From the IMG/VR virus record IMGVR_UViG_3300025764_000004, positions 1-64,000 of that record: 64,000 nt of DNA. One strand, 5' to 3'. The position numbers and the translations under genes were made by a program. This DNA comes from a virus. The notes under the pieces were generated by a model. It did not search any database and was not told the DNA's origin. It saw only the letters and a program-made list of their open reading frames with translations. Positions within the stretch are counted from its first letter, which is position 1; each line of letters begins with the position of its first letter. Of the stretch, positions 1 to 9,203 are shown piece by piece.

Positions 1-492
1 TTTACGTTTACAGCTAGTTTTTTACATTTAAGCTATGCAATAGCACGCTTTAAAAATGTACGCTTAAACAAGCTTAAACAGCGTACAAATTATGTTAATA
101 TAAAATGCAGTATAGTACAGCACAATGTTATTTAACAAACTGCATTATTGCATTATGCAAAATACGCGCAAAGCAGCACACAAATACAAATACACTATTT
201 AATCCACTGTCAGTTTTTCTAATCTATCTAAAATTCTAATCTATCTGTAATTTTTTTTATTTTTAGTTTGCCAACAATCTTTCCTAAATTCAAAATACCA
301 AACCAAATAAAAAATTTATCATCAAAACTATTTTAACGTCAAGCATATAATACCTATAAATTTTACATTTTTACCTTTAATAGTTATGCAATACCGCAAC
401 ATTGCACTATTTCCATACGTTTAACAAGTATAAGCATTGCACAATTATGCAACAGCTAAAAATATTATTGTTAAATTAAAAAATTATACAGT

Positions 493-786
493 ATGCAAAC
501 TTTAACAACAGCACAAACAACAGTAACAAGCTATAATAAATTAGCTTATATTAATATGTTGATAAGCAAAAGTATTATGGAACAAAAAATTTGCATTGCA
601 AACATTACAAACGCATACGCAAAAATAAATAAAGGTAATGTAATTGCAAACAGTAATATAATGGATAAAGTTTGCAGTACTGGGCAATGGGAAAATAAAT
701 GTGTTAAATGTATTGCAAACAGCACATGTTACAGCACAAATAATAAAAATAGGTTAATTAGTTTAGGTATTAGTAACAAACTTTAA
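493..786 (+). CDS. Early hypothetical protein; only 3 Asp/Glu in 97 aa
   Basis: ORF track; A-rich leader; lies in the GA/TC-depleted zone. Confidence 0.6.
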   Translation: MQTLTTAQTTVTSYNKLAYINMLISKSIMEQKICIANITNAYAKINKGNVIANSNIMDKVCSTGQWENKCVKCIANSTCYSTNNKNRLISLGISNKL

Positions 787-797
787 AAACAAACAAA

Positions 798-1247
798 ATG
801 AAAACTAAAAAGGACATCGAAGACGTATTAAACATGACTTATTTAGCTGAGGACATGTTAAAAAGACATTTAGGCAATGTGCAAATGTACGTTGACATAA
901 ATGCAGGAATTGACTGTGACAAAAGAGCACTTGTATTAGAAAGTGCAATTGTTGATATTGACAAACAAACTGCTGAAGCTAAGGAAAGAGAAAGTTTTAC
1001 AATTAGTTTAGAACCAATGGGAATTGATGAAGACTATGTAATGACATGCAGTATTTGGTTGTGTAAATGCAACAACGAAAACAAAACAAAACAAAAAGAA
1101 TTACTAAAAGAGTTGCTAGAAGAGTTTCCAAGATTGAATGTATTTATGGACGATGAAAGTTGTAATTGGAATCCAGAAGGAGATATGGTTGGAGATGACG
1201 AATACGGCTATAAATTTGGAACTTTAAAACATGTTTTTAACGCTTAA
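798..1247 (+). CDS. Early hypothetical protein
   Basis: 149 aa ORF, A-rich leader. Confidence 0.75.
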   Translation: MKTKKDIEDVLNMTYLAEDMLKRHLGNVQMYVDINAGIDCDKRALVLESAIVDIDKQTAEAKERESFTISLEPMGIDEDYVMTCSIWLCKCNNENKTKQKELLKELLEEFPRLNVFMDDESCNWNPEGDMVGDDEYGYKFGTLKHVFNA

Positions 1248-1259
1248 AACTTACAAACA

Positions 1260-1352
1260 ATGAAAACTGAATTAGAATTACAAAAAGAGAAATTGCTTCT
1301 GATTATACAAATTGCAATACGCGAAGATGAATCTATTCTGTACACAAATTGA
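1260..1352 (+). CDS. Small early ORF (MKTELELQKEKLLLIIQIAIREDESILYTN)
   Basis: Manual translation; preceded by AAAACTTACA motif. Confidence 0.45.
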   Translation: MKTELELQKEKLLLIIQIAIREDESILYTN

Positions 1353-1428
1353 CAATGTCGCTCAGAAAAGAATTTATCTATGCTGTCAAAGGTATTTTTA
1401 TGTGAAGGTAAAAATAAAGCTGATACCA

Positions 1429-1460
1429 TTTGCATATTAAATTTCGTCAGCTTACATTTG
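1429..1460 (+). promoter_or_regulatory. Bacteroidota primary-sigma promoter (-33 TTTG, -7 TACATTTG)
   Basis: TTTG 1429-1432, 20-nt spacer, TAnnTTTG 1453-1460, upstream of ATG 1500. Confidence 0.65.
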
Positions 1461-1499
1461 TACATTACTTTAACACACATACACGAATATCAATATATC

Positions 1500-1664
1500 A
1501 TGAAAAACGAACCAGAAAAGGAAATGACATTAGATGAGCAGACAACTGCAATAATTAGATTATTACATGCTGCTGAAGAGAAAAGAGAATTGCTAGATGA
1601 ATCTAAAAGAATTACAAAAGGTTTGTCTGAAAAGGTTATTGCAAAAAGTAAAAACGAAAATTAA
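1500..1664 (+). CDS. Small early hypothetical protein (MKNEPEKE...)
   Basis: Internal ATG of track ORF 1380..1664, downstream of the promoter. Confidence 0.6.
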   Translation: MKNEPEKEMTLDEQTTAIIRLLHAAEEKRELLDESKRITKGLSEKVIAKSKNEN

Positions 1665-1665
1665 C

Positions 1666-1730
1666 TCTAGAACGGTTCTACTTAGTGCAGGTTCGATTCT
1701 TGCATCTAGAACAATGGAAATGTTTCCATT
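1666..1730 (+). ncRNA. tRNA-like mini-element (T-arm closed by TCTAGA/TCTAGA stem) plus a second hairpin
   Basis: GCAGG-TTCGATT-CTTGC T-arm; TCTAGA at 1666 and 1705; AATGGAAA/TTTCCATT at 1713-1730. Confidence 0.35.
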
Positions 1731-1746
1731 ATAAAAACTTACTAAA

Positions 1747-2385
1747 ATGTCAAAAAGTAAAAGAACTCAGAAAAAAGTAGCTGCAATGGCTGCTAATGTT
1801 AGTGAAGAACAAAGAGAAATCGAAGCTGCTGTTGAACAAGAAATTGCTGCTGCTCCTGTGAAAAGAACAATTGTGCTTCCAGAAGGTGTTACAGGTGCTC
1901 AACGCAGAGTTGTACTTCCACAGACTTCAGAGAAAGCTGCTAAATTGATTCCAGCTTTACAAACAAAAGTGGATGAGGCTAAAGAAGCTGCCAAGAAGGA
2001 CATTAAAGAGGCAAGCGGTATAGTTGCAAAGGCTAAAGCTGCAAAGGCTGAGAAAACTGGTAAAGTTGCAAAGACAGCAACGACAAAATCTGTAAAGGGT
2101 GTAGGCAAATACGAAAACAACATCACAAGTATGGAAAAACTTGGAGACTGGTGTTTGACACAGAAGTTTACTCCAGAAGAAGTTGAAAAAGTGTTTGTTG
2201 CAGGTTATGCTTTGAAGGGTGTTACAGACATGAATTTTATTAAACCACGTATTGCAATTTACATGAACATTGCACGGAAACGCAATTTAAAACTGAACCC
2301 TGCTGCTGAGGTTGCAGAAGCAAAGAAAGAAGAAGTTGCTGCTCCTGAAAAGACTGTAAGGAAAGTGATTGTTGCTAAGAAGTAA
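1747..2385 (+). CDS. Lys/Ala-rich protein with a C-terminal domain paralogous to 15324..16058
   Basis: Composition; FIKPRIAIYMNIARK motif. Confidence 0.8.
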   Translation: MSKSKRTQKKVAAMAANVSEEQREIEAAVEQEIAAAPVKRTIVLPEGVTGAQRRVVLPQTSEKAAKLIPALQTKVDEAKEAAKKDIKEASGIVAKAKAAKAEKTGKVAKTATTKSVKGVGKYENNITSMEKLGDWCLTQKFTPEEVEKVFVAGYALKGVTDMNFIKPRIAIYMNIARKRNLKLNPAAEVAEAKKEEVAAPEKTVRKVIVAKK

Positions 2386-2407
2386 TTGATCCTGTTGATT
2401 GATATAA

Positions 2408-2436
2408 GCCTCGTACTGGAAACGGTACGGGGTTTT
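2408..2436 (+). terminator. Intrinsic terminator-like hairpin
   Basis: GCCTCGTACTG-GAAA-CGGTACGGGGT-TTT. Confidence 0.7.
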
Positions 2437-2474
2437 GTCGGTATAAAAATGAACATAAAAAAAACTTACAAATT

Positions 2475-2639
2475 ATGAAAACCTCTATTGCTGACAAAAT
2501 TGCAAAGAAAATTTGCATTTACAACCTACAAGAAGGTACTCAAAAAGAAATTGATCAGGTTAAGAAAGAGTTCTTAAGAAATATTGAATTAATGAAACAC
2601 TATTGTAAATCAATGAACATAAAACTTACAGAATTATGA
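2475..2639 (+). CDS. Small early hypothetical protein (54 aa)
   Basis: Manual translation; AAAACTTACA leader; ATGA overlap with next gene. Confidence 0.6.
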   Translation: MKTSIADKIAKKICIYNLQEGTQKEIDQVKKEFLRNIELMKHYCKSMNIKLTEL

Positions 2640-2836
2640 AAAAGAACAAAGATCAACTCACAATTGACATGCCTAAACGATCTTTATTATCTGATGAGGA
2701 ACGTGCGGCAGTGATTAATGTACTGAACCGAGAAGTAGAAAAAATTACATCAATGAATCAATTTTACGATCATTTGCACCCGTCGTTTCTAGAAAGAAAA
2801 GAAATCTATCTGAAAATTCTATCTAAATTAAATTGA
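2636..2836 (+). CDS. Hypothetical protein
   Basis: ORF track; AAAACTTACA leader. Confidence 0.7.
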   Translation: MKKNKDQLTIDMPKRSLLSDEERAAVINVLNREVEKITSMNQFYDHLHPSFLERKEIYLKILSKLN

Positions 2837-2935
2837 TATGAAAATTCCTACAAATCACCTGACTCCATCAAGACTTAGATGTCTTTTGTTTTTATTTGTT
2901 GTTTTATTTTGGACAATGATTTATATTACGATATC

Positions 2936-3319
2936 ATGAAAAAACAAACATTTTATGGAACGGATGTTTCTTTAGAAATTAGTTTGTTAGAATACGGACT
3001 GATTGTAAGCAACGAAGAACACGAAGACGGTTCTGGCACACACTTTTGTATTTATAGACAAAATGATTTATTTGGATGCGGTCATATGAGTGAAGAAGTT
3101 GTTAATGGATTTATAGAAGGAAGAGAATTTCCTGACGCTAAAGACATTGTTAGTTTTCTAAACTGGTGTGGAACAACTGCTTCTATATGGCTAGAATGTA
3201 ATATGGCTATAAAACTGCAAGACTTACTCAACTATTGGGGTTCCGAAAACATATTCGGAACTGACTACTCTCCAATGACGGAAGAAGAAGTTAAAGAACG
3301 TTGGTTAAACAATAATTAA
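2936..3319 (+). CDS. Hypothetical protein (likely start MKKQTF)
   Basis: Track ORF 2879..3319, internal ATG. Confidence 0.7.
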   Translation: MKKQTFYGTDVSLEISLLEYGLIVSNEEHEDGSGTHFCIYRQNDLFGCGHMSEEVVNGFIEGREFPDAKDIVSFLNWCGTTASIWLECNMAIKLQDLLNYWGSENIFGTDYSPMTEEEVKERWLNNN

Positions 3320-3495
3320 TCATGAAAGGAAAATATTTTATTGTGGAATTTATAACAGGAAAGCCTCGTATTATGAGATTGCCTGGTGAAGGAATTACTT
3401 GGTTCGAAACTAAAGAAGATGCAAAATTAACAGGATGTGATCTCTGCGGTACTCTGAACGAGGATTATATAATCTGTCAAAAACCTTAAACTATT

Positions 3496-3756
3496 ATGGC
3501 AAACATCGACCCTATAAGAAAACAAATCGAATTGATTCTTGAACAATCGTTCGGAACACAATACGTAGAAAAATGTGCAACAAAAGAATACCCCGAAAGG
3601 TATAAGGTTATACTGACTCCTCTTTTAGAAGATCTAAACAGAACACAAATGAGAATGATTAAAGACCTACCTCACGTACTGAATATAAGATCTCTTCCAA
3701 ATAAAACTGATACGACCATTTACTTTGATTGTAACCCTAAATTGATACAAATATGA
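3496..3756 (+). CDS. Hypothetical protein
   Basis: ORF track; overlaps next gene. Confidence 0.65.
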   Translation: MANIDPIRKQIELILEQSFGTQYVEKCATKEYPERYKVILTPLLEDLNRTQMRMIKDLPHVLNIRSLPNKTDTTIYFDCNPKLIQI

Positions 3757-3971
3757 AATCATTTATTGTAATAATTGAGTCTGAAGGAAGAATGGGATAT
3801 TGCAGAGACGATTCTTTCTTAATGACAGACAAAGAAGGAAATACAAGAATATTTTCTTCAGAAGAATCTGCATATAATGAAGCAGAAAAAAGATATCCTG
3901 AACGAGGCTTGCCTTTAGAACTGAAATTAGATCCTACAAAATATCAGAAAATTAGAAAATCTAAATCATGA
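3753..3971 (+). CDS. Hypothetical protein
   Basis: ORF track; ATGA overlaps. Confidence 0.65.
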   Translation: MKSFIVIIESEGRMGYCRDDSFLMTDKEGNTRIFSSEESAYNEAEKRYPERGLPLELKLDPTKYQKIRKSKS

Positions 3972-4318
3972 ACAGAAAAACAAATGTAGAACGACCTGAA
4001 CACTTTACCCAGGTATGTGTCTGGGAAAACTGTGAAATAGGCAAAGGTAGTATTCAAGACTTTGAAGATCAGATTGCTCAAACATTCAAAGATGTCAGAG
4101 TCAAATTCTTAGAAGAAATTATTACTCTACCTGGACACAACGGTAAAGGAGGAAGAACAGATTTATTCTTTTGTGTACATGAAGACGATATCGGAAAATT
4201 TGCAGTTCCCCGCTTAATGGCAGGAATACGCTGGATAGAGGATGTTATTGACAATGCAGACAGACGATACGGGTGTTTAATTCATCCAGAACGAATACGA
4301 GAATATAGAACCTGGTAG
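3968..4318 (+). CDS. Hypothetical phage protein
   Basis: ORF track. Confidence 0.75.
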   Translation: MNRKTNVERPEHFTQVCVWENCEIGKGSIQDFEDQIAQTFKDVRVKFLEEIITLPGHNGKGGRTDLFFCVHEDDIGKFAVPRLMAGIRWIEDVIDNADRRYGCLIHPERIREYRTW

Positions 4319-4346
4319 TTTTCCTGTAAGTTTTCTGTTAGGTACG

Positions 4347-4381
4347 GCCTCCTACTGCTATTTACTGCGGTAGGGGGTTTT
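4347..4381 (+). terminator. Terminator-like hairpin
   Basis: GCCTCCTACTGC...GCGGTAGGGGGT-TTT. Confidence 0.6.
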
Positions 4382-4421
4382 CCTGTCGAGAAACGAATAT
4401 AAATTTAAAACTTACAAAAAA

Positions 4422-4739
4422 ATGGAAACAACGAAAAAATTTAAATCAACAGGCTTAGTTTACGGTAGGTATTGGGGTGGAGGGGAAGGGAGTTACCCGG
4501 CAAGAAAGATATCTGCCGACACTAAAGAAGACCTAATTAAACAAGCAATTGAAGGATTAAATGGTTCTTTAGATTCTGGAATGGGTTATGAATGTCTGTT
4601 AGGTGCTTCGCTTAATATTACAGAAATTACAACTGTAGAAATTGAAGGGAAATTATTTACTAATGAAGAAACAGAAATGGAATTTATTGGTGATCTTACA
4701 GAGGAGCAACAAGAATTTCTAATTGATAATAACTTCTAA
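4422..4739 (+). CDS. Hypothetical protein
   Basis: ORF track; AAAACTTACA leader. Confidence 0.75.
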   Translation: METTKKFKSTGLVYGRYWGGGEGSYPARKISADTKEDLIKQAIEGLNGSLDSGMGYECLLGASLNITEITTVEIEGKLFTNEETEMEFIGDLTEEQQEFLIDNNF

Positions 4740-4954
4740 TATGAAAGCAGAATCTAAATTAGCACTAAAATACATCGGAATATTTATTCTGGCTGTATTT
4801 GTACTCTTCTTTATTATGGCAGGGGAATCTATTATTGATTTTTTAATTAGATTTTACTTTGGTTAAAAACCATTAACTGAAAACCTGTTGTTAAATATCT
4901 TGCATAGTAATTTTATTCTATGCTTATTTACAGCACTACAAAAACTTACAAAAA

Positions 4955-5158
4955 ATGAAAATCTCAGAAATTAAAAACAAACTAGACAAAGGCAAAACCC
5001 TGTTGTCTGAGTATTCGATGTTGGATGCAATGGTTAAAAGTATGTTAAGGACAAAAAAAGAACATCCTGAAGAATTAAACTTTGAAGAATGGTACTTTCA
5101 AAATGTCACAAGCCGTATGATATTTATCAAAAATGAACTGAATAAGTTATTCAGATAA
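4955..5158 (+). CDS. Hypothetical protein
   Basis: ORF track; AAAACTTACA leader. Confidence 0.7.
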   Translation: MKISEIKNKLDKGKTLLSEYSMLDAMVKSMLRTKKEHPEELNFEEWYFQNVTSRMIFIKNELNKLFR

Positions 5159-5178
5159 ATATAAAAGTATTCCTAATC

Positions 5179-7146
5179 ATGGAAAAAGAAACACATCAAT
5201 ACATTATTAGTGAGTCATTTGCAAGTAAAATGAAAATACCTGCAATGTTCACTGCCGTGATTTTGCGGGAATCTCGTCTTGCTGTTTATATCTACGGTCA
5301 CGGATTGATGTTACATTCAGATGTTCAAATAGATTCGTGGATGCCTAAAGCTGTTATCAAACAAACATTAATGACATCAGAACAAATTGTAGTTCCTGAA
5401 TCTCATAAAATGTTACAGCAAAGTACAGATGCTTTAGATGCTTTTAAATCAGCAATGAATACCAACGAAAATCAAACAAATACTTTAAATACAACTGTTA
5501 GTATGCCTCAAAAAGTTAAGGCTGAAAAAACAGTGATTCTTGCTGAAACAAAAGACAGTACTCCTGTATGCTTGATTAAGTTTCCATATAACATGGAGGA
5601 CTTAGATAGGATTCGTAGTCTAAAAGACAGAAAATTTAATCCTGATGGCAAATGGTGGACTTCACCTGTTACAGTAGATAATCTACAACATCTGTCAGAT
5701 TGGGGGTTTATCCTAGACAACGAACTCAAATCTATCTTAAACAGATCAAAAGTAACGGTTGAACAATTATCTGTTTTACCAGAAGAGTTAAATATTCCTG
5801 GATTAAAAATGGAATTATTTCCATTCCAGAAAATAGGTGTTCGTTTTATTGAAGCAAAAGGAGGAAGAGCTTTAATTGCAGATGAGATGGGACTCGGAAA
5901 AACGATTCAGGCATTAGCCTATTTACAATTACACCCAGAACTTCGTCCTGCTGTTATTGTGGTTCCAGCATCATTAAAACTAAATTGGTTGAAAGAAGCA
6001 AATATGTGGATGCCTAATCCGAATGCAGATGTTGTGTCTTCAACCACACCTTATGTTGTTGACGGAGATATTGTTATTATTAATTATGATGTACTTTCCT
6101 ATTGGGTTCCGACTTTAATCTCTTGGAAACCTCAAGTGCTTATAATGGATGAAATACACTCTATCAAGAACAATGCTGCAAAAAGAACAAAAGCTGTCAA
6201 ATCACTTGCAAAAACTATATCACACATTATCGGACTATCTGGCACACCTATTATCAACCGTCCAGTAGAAGCTTACAATGCAATATCACTGATAGATCCT
6301 ACTATATTTGGTTCTTATTGGAGTTATGTTCACAGATATTGTGGAGCAAAGAGAGGACGTTTCGGTATGGAAGTCAATGGTGCAACAAATCTACCAGAAT
6401 TACATCAAAAGCTGACAGATAGTATTATGCTTAGACGTCTAAAGAAAGATGTTCTAAAAGATCTGCCAGACAAGATGTACTCATATGTTCCAATCGAATT
6501 AGACAATCGTCAAGAATATCTATCTGCCCAACGAGATTTCATTCAATTTGTTTTATCTACAAAAGGACAGGCTGCTGCGGTAAAAGCATCAAATGCCCGA
6601 GTACTTGCAGAAATAGAAGGTCTCAAACAATTGTCTGTAAAAGGGAAAATGGCAGAAGTGCTTACATGGATTGAAGACTTTTTAGAAGCAGATGGTAAAT
6701 TGGTTGTGTTTGCCGTTCATAAATTTGTGATAGAAGCATTAACAGAACGATTTAGAACCATTTGTGTTAAGATTGACGGTAGTGTATCGCAGCAAGACAG
6801 ACAATTAGCTGTTGATAGATTTCAAGAAGACAAGAACATTAGATTGTTTATAGGTAATATACAAGCGGCTGGAGTTGGTTTGACTCTAACGGCAGCGAGT
6901 TCTGTTGCATTTATTGAATTGCCTTGGACACCGGGTCAACTGGCTCAAGCTGCGGACAGAGTACATAGAATAGGTCAAAAAAATGCCGTGACAGTTTATT
7001 ACCTATTAGGCACAAATACAATTGAAGAAAAGATTGCCAAATTACTTGACAGCAAACAGATTGTTCTAGATGCTGTCTTAGATGGACAAGAAACAGCACC
7101 TAGCTCATTGCTTAGTGCTTTAATTAGTGAATATACAGAAACTTAA
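5179..7146 (+). CDS. SNF2-family helicase with HARP-like domain (SMARCAL1-like)
   Basis: ADEMGLGKT, DEIH, SGTP, QAADRVHRIGQ; KFPYN...RKFNPDGKWW HARP-like segment. Confidence 0.9.
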   Translation: MEKETHQYIISESFASKMKIPAMFTAVILRESRLAVYIYGHGLMLHSDVQIDSWMPKAVIKQTLMTSEQIVVPESHKMLQQSTDALDAFKSAMNTNENQTNTLNTTVSMPQKVKAEKTVILAETKDSTPVCLIKFPYNMEDLDRIRSLKDRKFNPDGKWWTSPVTVDNLQHLSDWGFILDNELKSILNRSKVTVEQLSVLPEELNIPGLKMELFPFQKIGVRFIEAKGGRALIADEMGLGKTIQALAYLQLHPELRPAVIVVPASLKLNWLKEANMWMPNPNADVVSSTTPYVVDGDIVIINYDVLSYWVPTLISWKPQVLIMDEIHSIKNNAAKRTKAVKSLAKTISHIIGLSGTPIINRPVEAYNAISLIDPTIFGSYWSYVHRYCGAKRGRFGMEVNGATNLPELHQKLTDSIMLRRLKKDVLKDLPDKMYSYVPIELDNRQEYLSAQRDFIQFVLSTKGQAAAVKASNARVLAEIEGLKQLSVKGKMAEVLTWIEDFLEADGKLVVFAVHKFVIEALTERFRTICVKIDGSVSQQDRQLAVDRFQEDKNIRLFIGNIQAAGVGLTLTAASSVAFIELPWTPGQLAQAADRVHRIGQKNAVTVYYLLGTNTIEEKIAKLLDSKQIVLDAVLDGQETAPSSLLSALISEYTET

Positions 7147-7159
7147 AAACTTGCAAATC

Positions 7160-7369
7160 ATGGAAAAAGAAAAAGAATTGTACCCAGTAAGAAAAGAAAT
7201 CATTAATCATGTCCACAGTATTAATGGTCCTTTGAGTATTGAATATTTGAACACACAACCACACAACATCTTGTTGGCAAATTGTCATCCTTCAGAACGT
7301 AAGGATTATATTTACAGATTAGGGAAGGAAATAGATCCTATCCTTTTAAAAACAGAAACAGATGACTAA
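7160..7369 (+). CDS. Hypothetical protein (start MEKEKE)
   Basis: Track ORF internal ATG; AAAACTTGCA leader. Confidence 0.65.
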   Translation: MEKEKELYPVRKEIINHVHSINGPLSIEYLNTQPHNILLANCHPSERKDYIYRLGKEIDPILLKTETDD

Positions 7370-7715
7370 AGCAAATGATAGACTCTTTGAAGCATTAATG
7401 ATTCGTAAGGCTGCTGAAAAAGATAAAATCAGAAAGGCAAAACTGATCATTAAACACAAAGAAAAGAAGCACATGGTGAGGCCTCGTGTTGCTTTGACAA
7501 AAGGTGTAGCTCACGGAGAGAAAATAATCATTGATCTTAGCGGACCTGATAGTGATGCATTCTACCTTCTTAAATTTGCTAAGAAGTATGCTCTGCAATT
7601 CCAGTTAAATTGGAATGCTATTCATGATGAAATGACATCAGGAGATTATGATAACCTTGTAAAGGTATTTGAAAAACATTTCGGGGAATTTGTTACACTT
7701 ATAAAATTCAAATAA
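7362..7715 (+). CDS. Hypothetical phage protein
   Basis: ORF track. Confidence 0.7.
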   Translation: MTKANDRLFEALMIRKAAEKDKIRKAKLIIKHKEKKHMVRPRVALTKGVAHGEKIIIDLSGPDSDAFYLLKFAKKYALQFQLNWNAIHDEMTSGDYDNLVKVFEKHFGEFVTLIKFK

Positions 7716-7717
7716 TC

Positions 7718-7888
7718 ATGGACGATCTTAAAACTGTTATGATGAGACGAGACGGATTAACTTCCGAGGAAGTCGATAAAATGATTGAAATAGCCAGAGA
7801 ACGAATTCTTAATGATGGGGATAATCTTGAAGATGTTCTCATGGAGGAATTTGGACTAGAACCTGATTACATTTTTGACATACTTTAA
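7718..7888 (+). CDS. Small acidic phage protein (MDDLKTVMMRRDG...FGLEPDYIFDIL)
   Basis: Manual translation, 56 aa, fills the gap before the sigma gene. Confidence 0.7.
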   Translation: MDDLKTVMMRRDGLTSEEVDKMIEIARERILNDGDNLEDVLMEEFGLEPDYIFDIL

Positions 7889-7890
7889 AG

Positions 7891-8361
7891 ATGGAAAAAA
7901 GACAATTATCCATTTCAGACATAGGATTGATTCGAAAGATTGCCTGGGGATTTTGCAAGACTTCAAGATTAGATTTTAATGATCTATTTCAAGAAGCTTG
8001 TCTTGCATACCTCAAATCGTTAGAATCATATAATCCTGAAAAAGGAGCATTGAGTACCTATATGTGGAGATGTATCTCTAATCATTTGACAAATTATCTC
8101 AAATTAGAACAGAAACAACCTTTTGGAACTCCAATTGAGGAATTTACAGAAGAGTTGACATCTTCCTCTTCTAATTATTTTGAAAAGCTTCCAGAGGATG
8201 CTCTTGCAATTGCTAAAGTGGTAATTCGTACACCTAAGATTTTTGCAACTCGTACTCATAACGATGTTGTTTCTTTATTGAAAAATGTCATGGAACAACA
8301 AGGATGGCCTAGGTCTAAGACCGTTGCTGCTATTAATGTTCTACATGCAATTTACTCTTAA
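7891..8361 (+). CDS. Phage RNA polymerase sigma factor (region 2-like)
   Basis: DLFQEACLAYLKSLESYNPEKGALSTYMWRCISN. Confidence 0.8.
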   Translation: MEKRQLSISDIGLIRKIAWGFCKTSRLDFNDLFQEACLAYLKSLESYNPEKGALSTYMWRCISNHLTNYLKLEQKQPFGTPIEEFTEELTSSSSNYFEKLPEDALAIAKVVIRTPKIFATRTHNDVVSLLKNVMEQQGWPRSKTVAAINVLHAIYS

Positions 8362-8370
8362 AACAAAATC

Positions 8371-8441
8371 GCTTGAATTCAGTACTGTATTTTACAGGCA
8401 TAGCTTTGTATTACTTTTGCAAAATAACGCTGAATTCAAGC
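8371..8441. repeat. 12-bp perfect inverted repeat / long hairpin
   Basis: GCTTGAATTCAG (8371) and CTGAATTCAAGC (8430). Confidence 0.6.
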
Positions 8442-8655
8442 TAATTTTACGCTAAATTTTTAGACAAACTTAAAACAATAACAATGAAAAAGCATAAGCC
8501 TAAAATGCCAATAAAGATTCCTAATCAAGAGTTTTATAATCAACAGTCTGGATGGAGAGCTAATGATACTACTGCTCAAAGAAAAGAAGAAGACAAAGAA
8601 CACCATAATCAGAAAATGTTATCATTAAAACCAAATTTAAAACCAAAAAAGTAAA

Positions 8656-9018
8656 ATGGAAACACCAAATGTGAATTTATTAGAAGATGCAAGATTTGTA
8701 TCATTTTGCCGTACCGTAATTGCAGAAATTGTAGAAAGTAGAAGAGGAAAAAAGAATCTTCTTCGCACTCCTCTTGAAACTTTAAATGACGAAGGAAAAC
8801 TAACTCCTGATTGGCTAAGAAATGAATACAGATTGCTCTCATTGAAGCAGTCTACAGAACCAAAGTCGGTTCGAGATTATATCAAAGCTGTTGTTGAAAC
8901 TGCAATGTACAATTTGGCAAAGTTTGATCAGCAACAGGCAGATAAACTTGCAAATCAAGCAAAGGCTGACGGAAATAACAAACTAACACGTAAACCTCGT
9001 CAAAAGAAAATATCATGA
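8656..9018 (+). CDS. Hypothetical protein
   Basis: ORF track. Confidence 0.7.
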   Translation: METPNVNLLEDARFVSFCRTVIAEIVESRRGKKNLLRTPLETLNDEGKLTPDWLRNEYRLLSLKQSTEPKSVRDYIKAVVETAMYNLAKFDQQQADKLANQAKADGNNKLTRKPRQKKIS

Positions 9019-9203
9019 AAAAATCATTATTTGTATTGTTAATCTGTTTATTCAGTTTAACTGGATGTCAAGGCTTGAAGTATCAGGTAAGAGAAACTAC
9101 AATTTCCATTCAAAGGAAAATAGTACATCACCAACGATCTGTTGCACAACATAAAAGAGAACGTGCTATGGAAAAACAAAAAAGAAATGAGCTTAGACAT
9201 TGA
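9015..9203 (+). CDS. Small putative lipoprotein
   Basis: MKK-hydrophobic-LTGC lipobox. Confidence 0.6.
   Translation: MKKSLFVLLICLFSLTGCQGLKYQVRETTISIQRKIVHHQRSVAQHKRERAMEKQKRNELRH

Noticed and set aside
218-246. Direct repeat TTCTAATCTATCT x2 as a CRISPR or iteron array
   Set aside because: Only two 13-nt copies with no spacers; cannot support a function.
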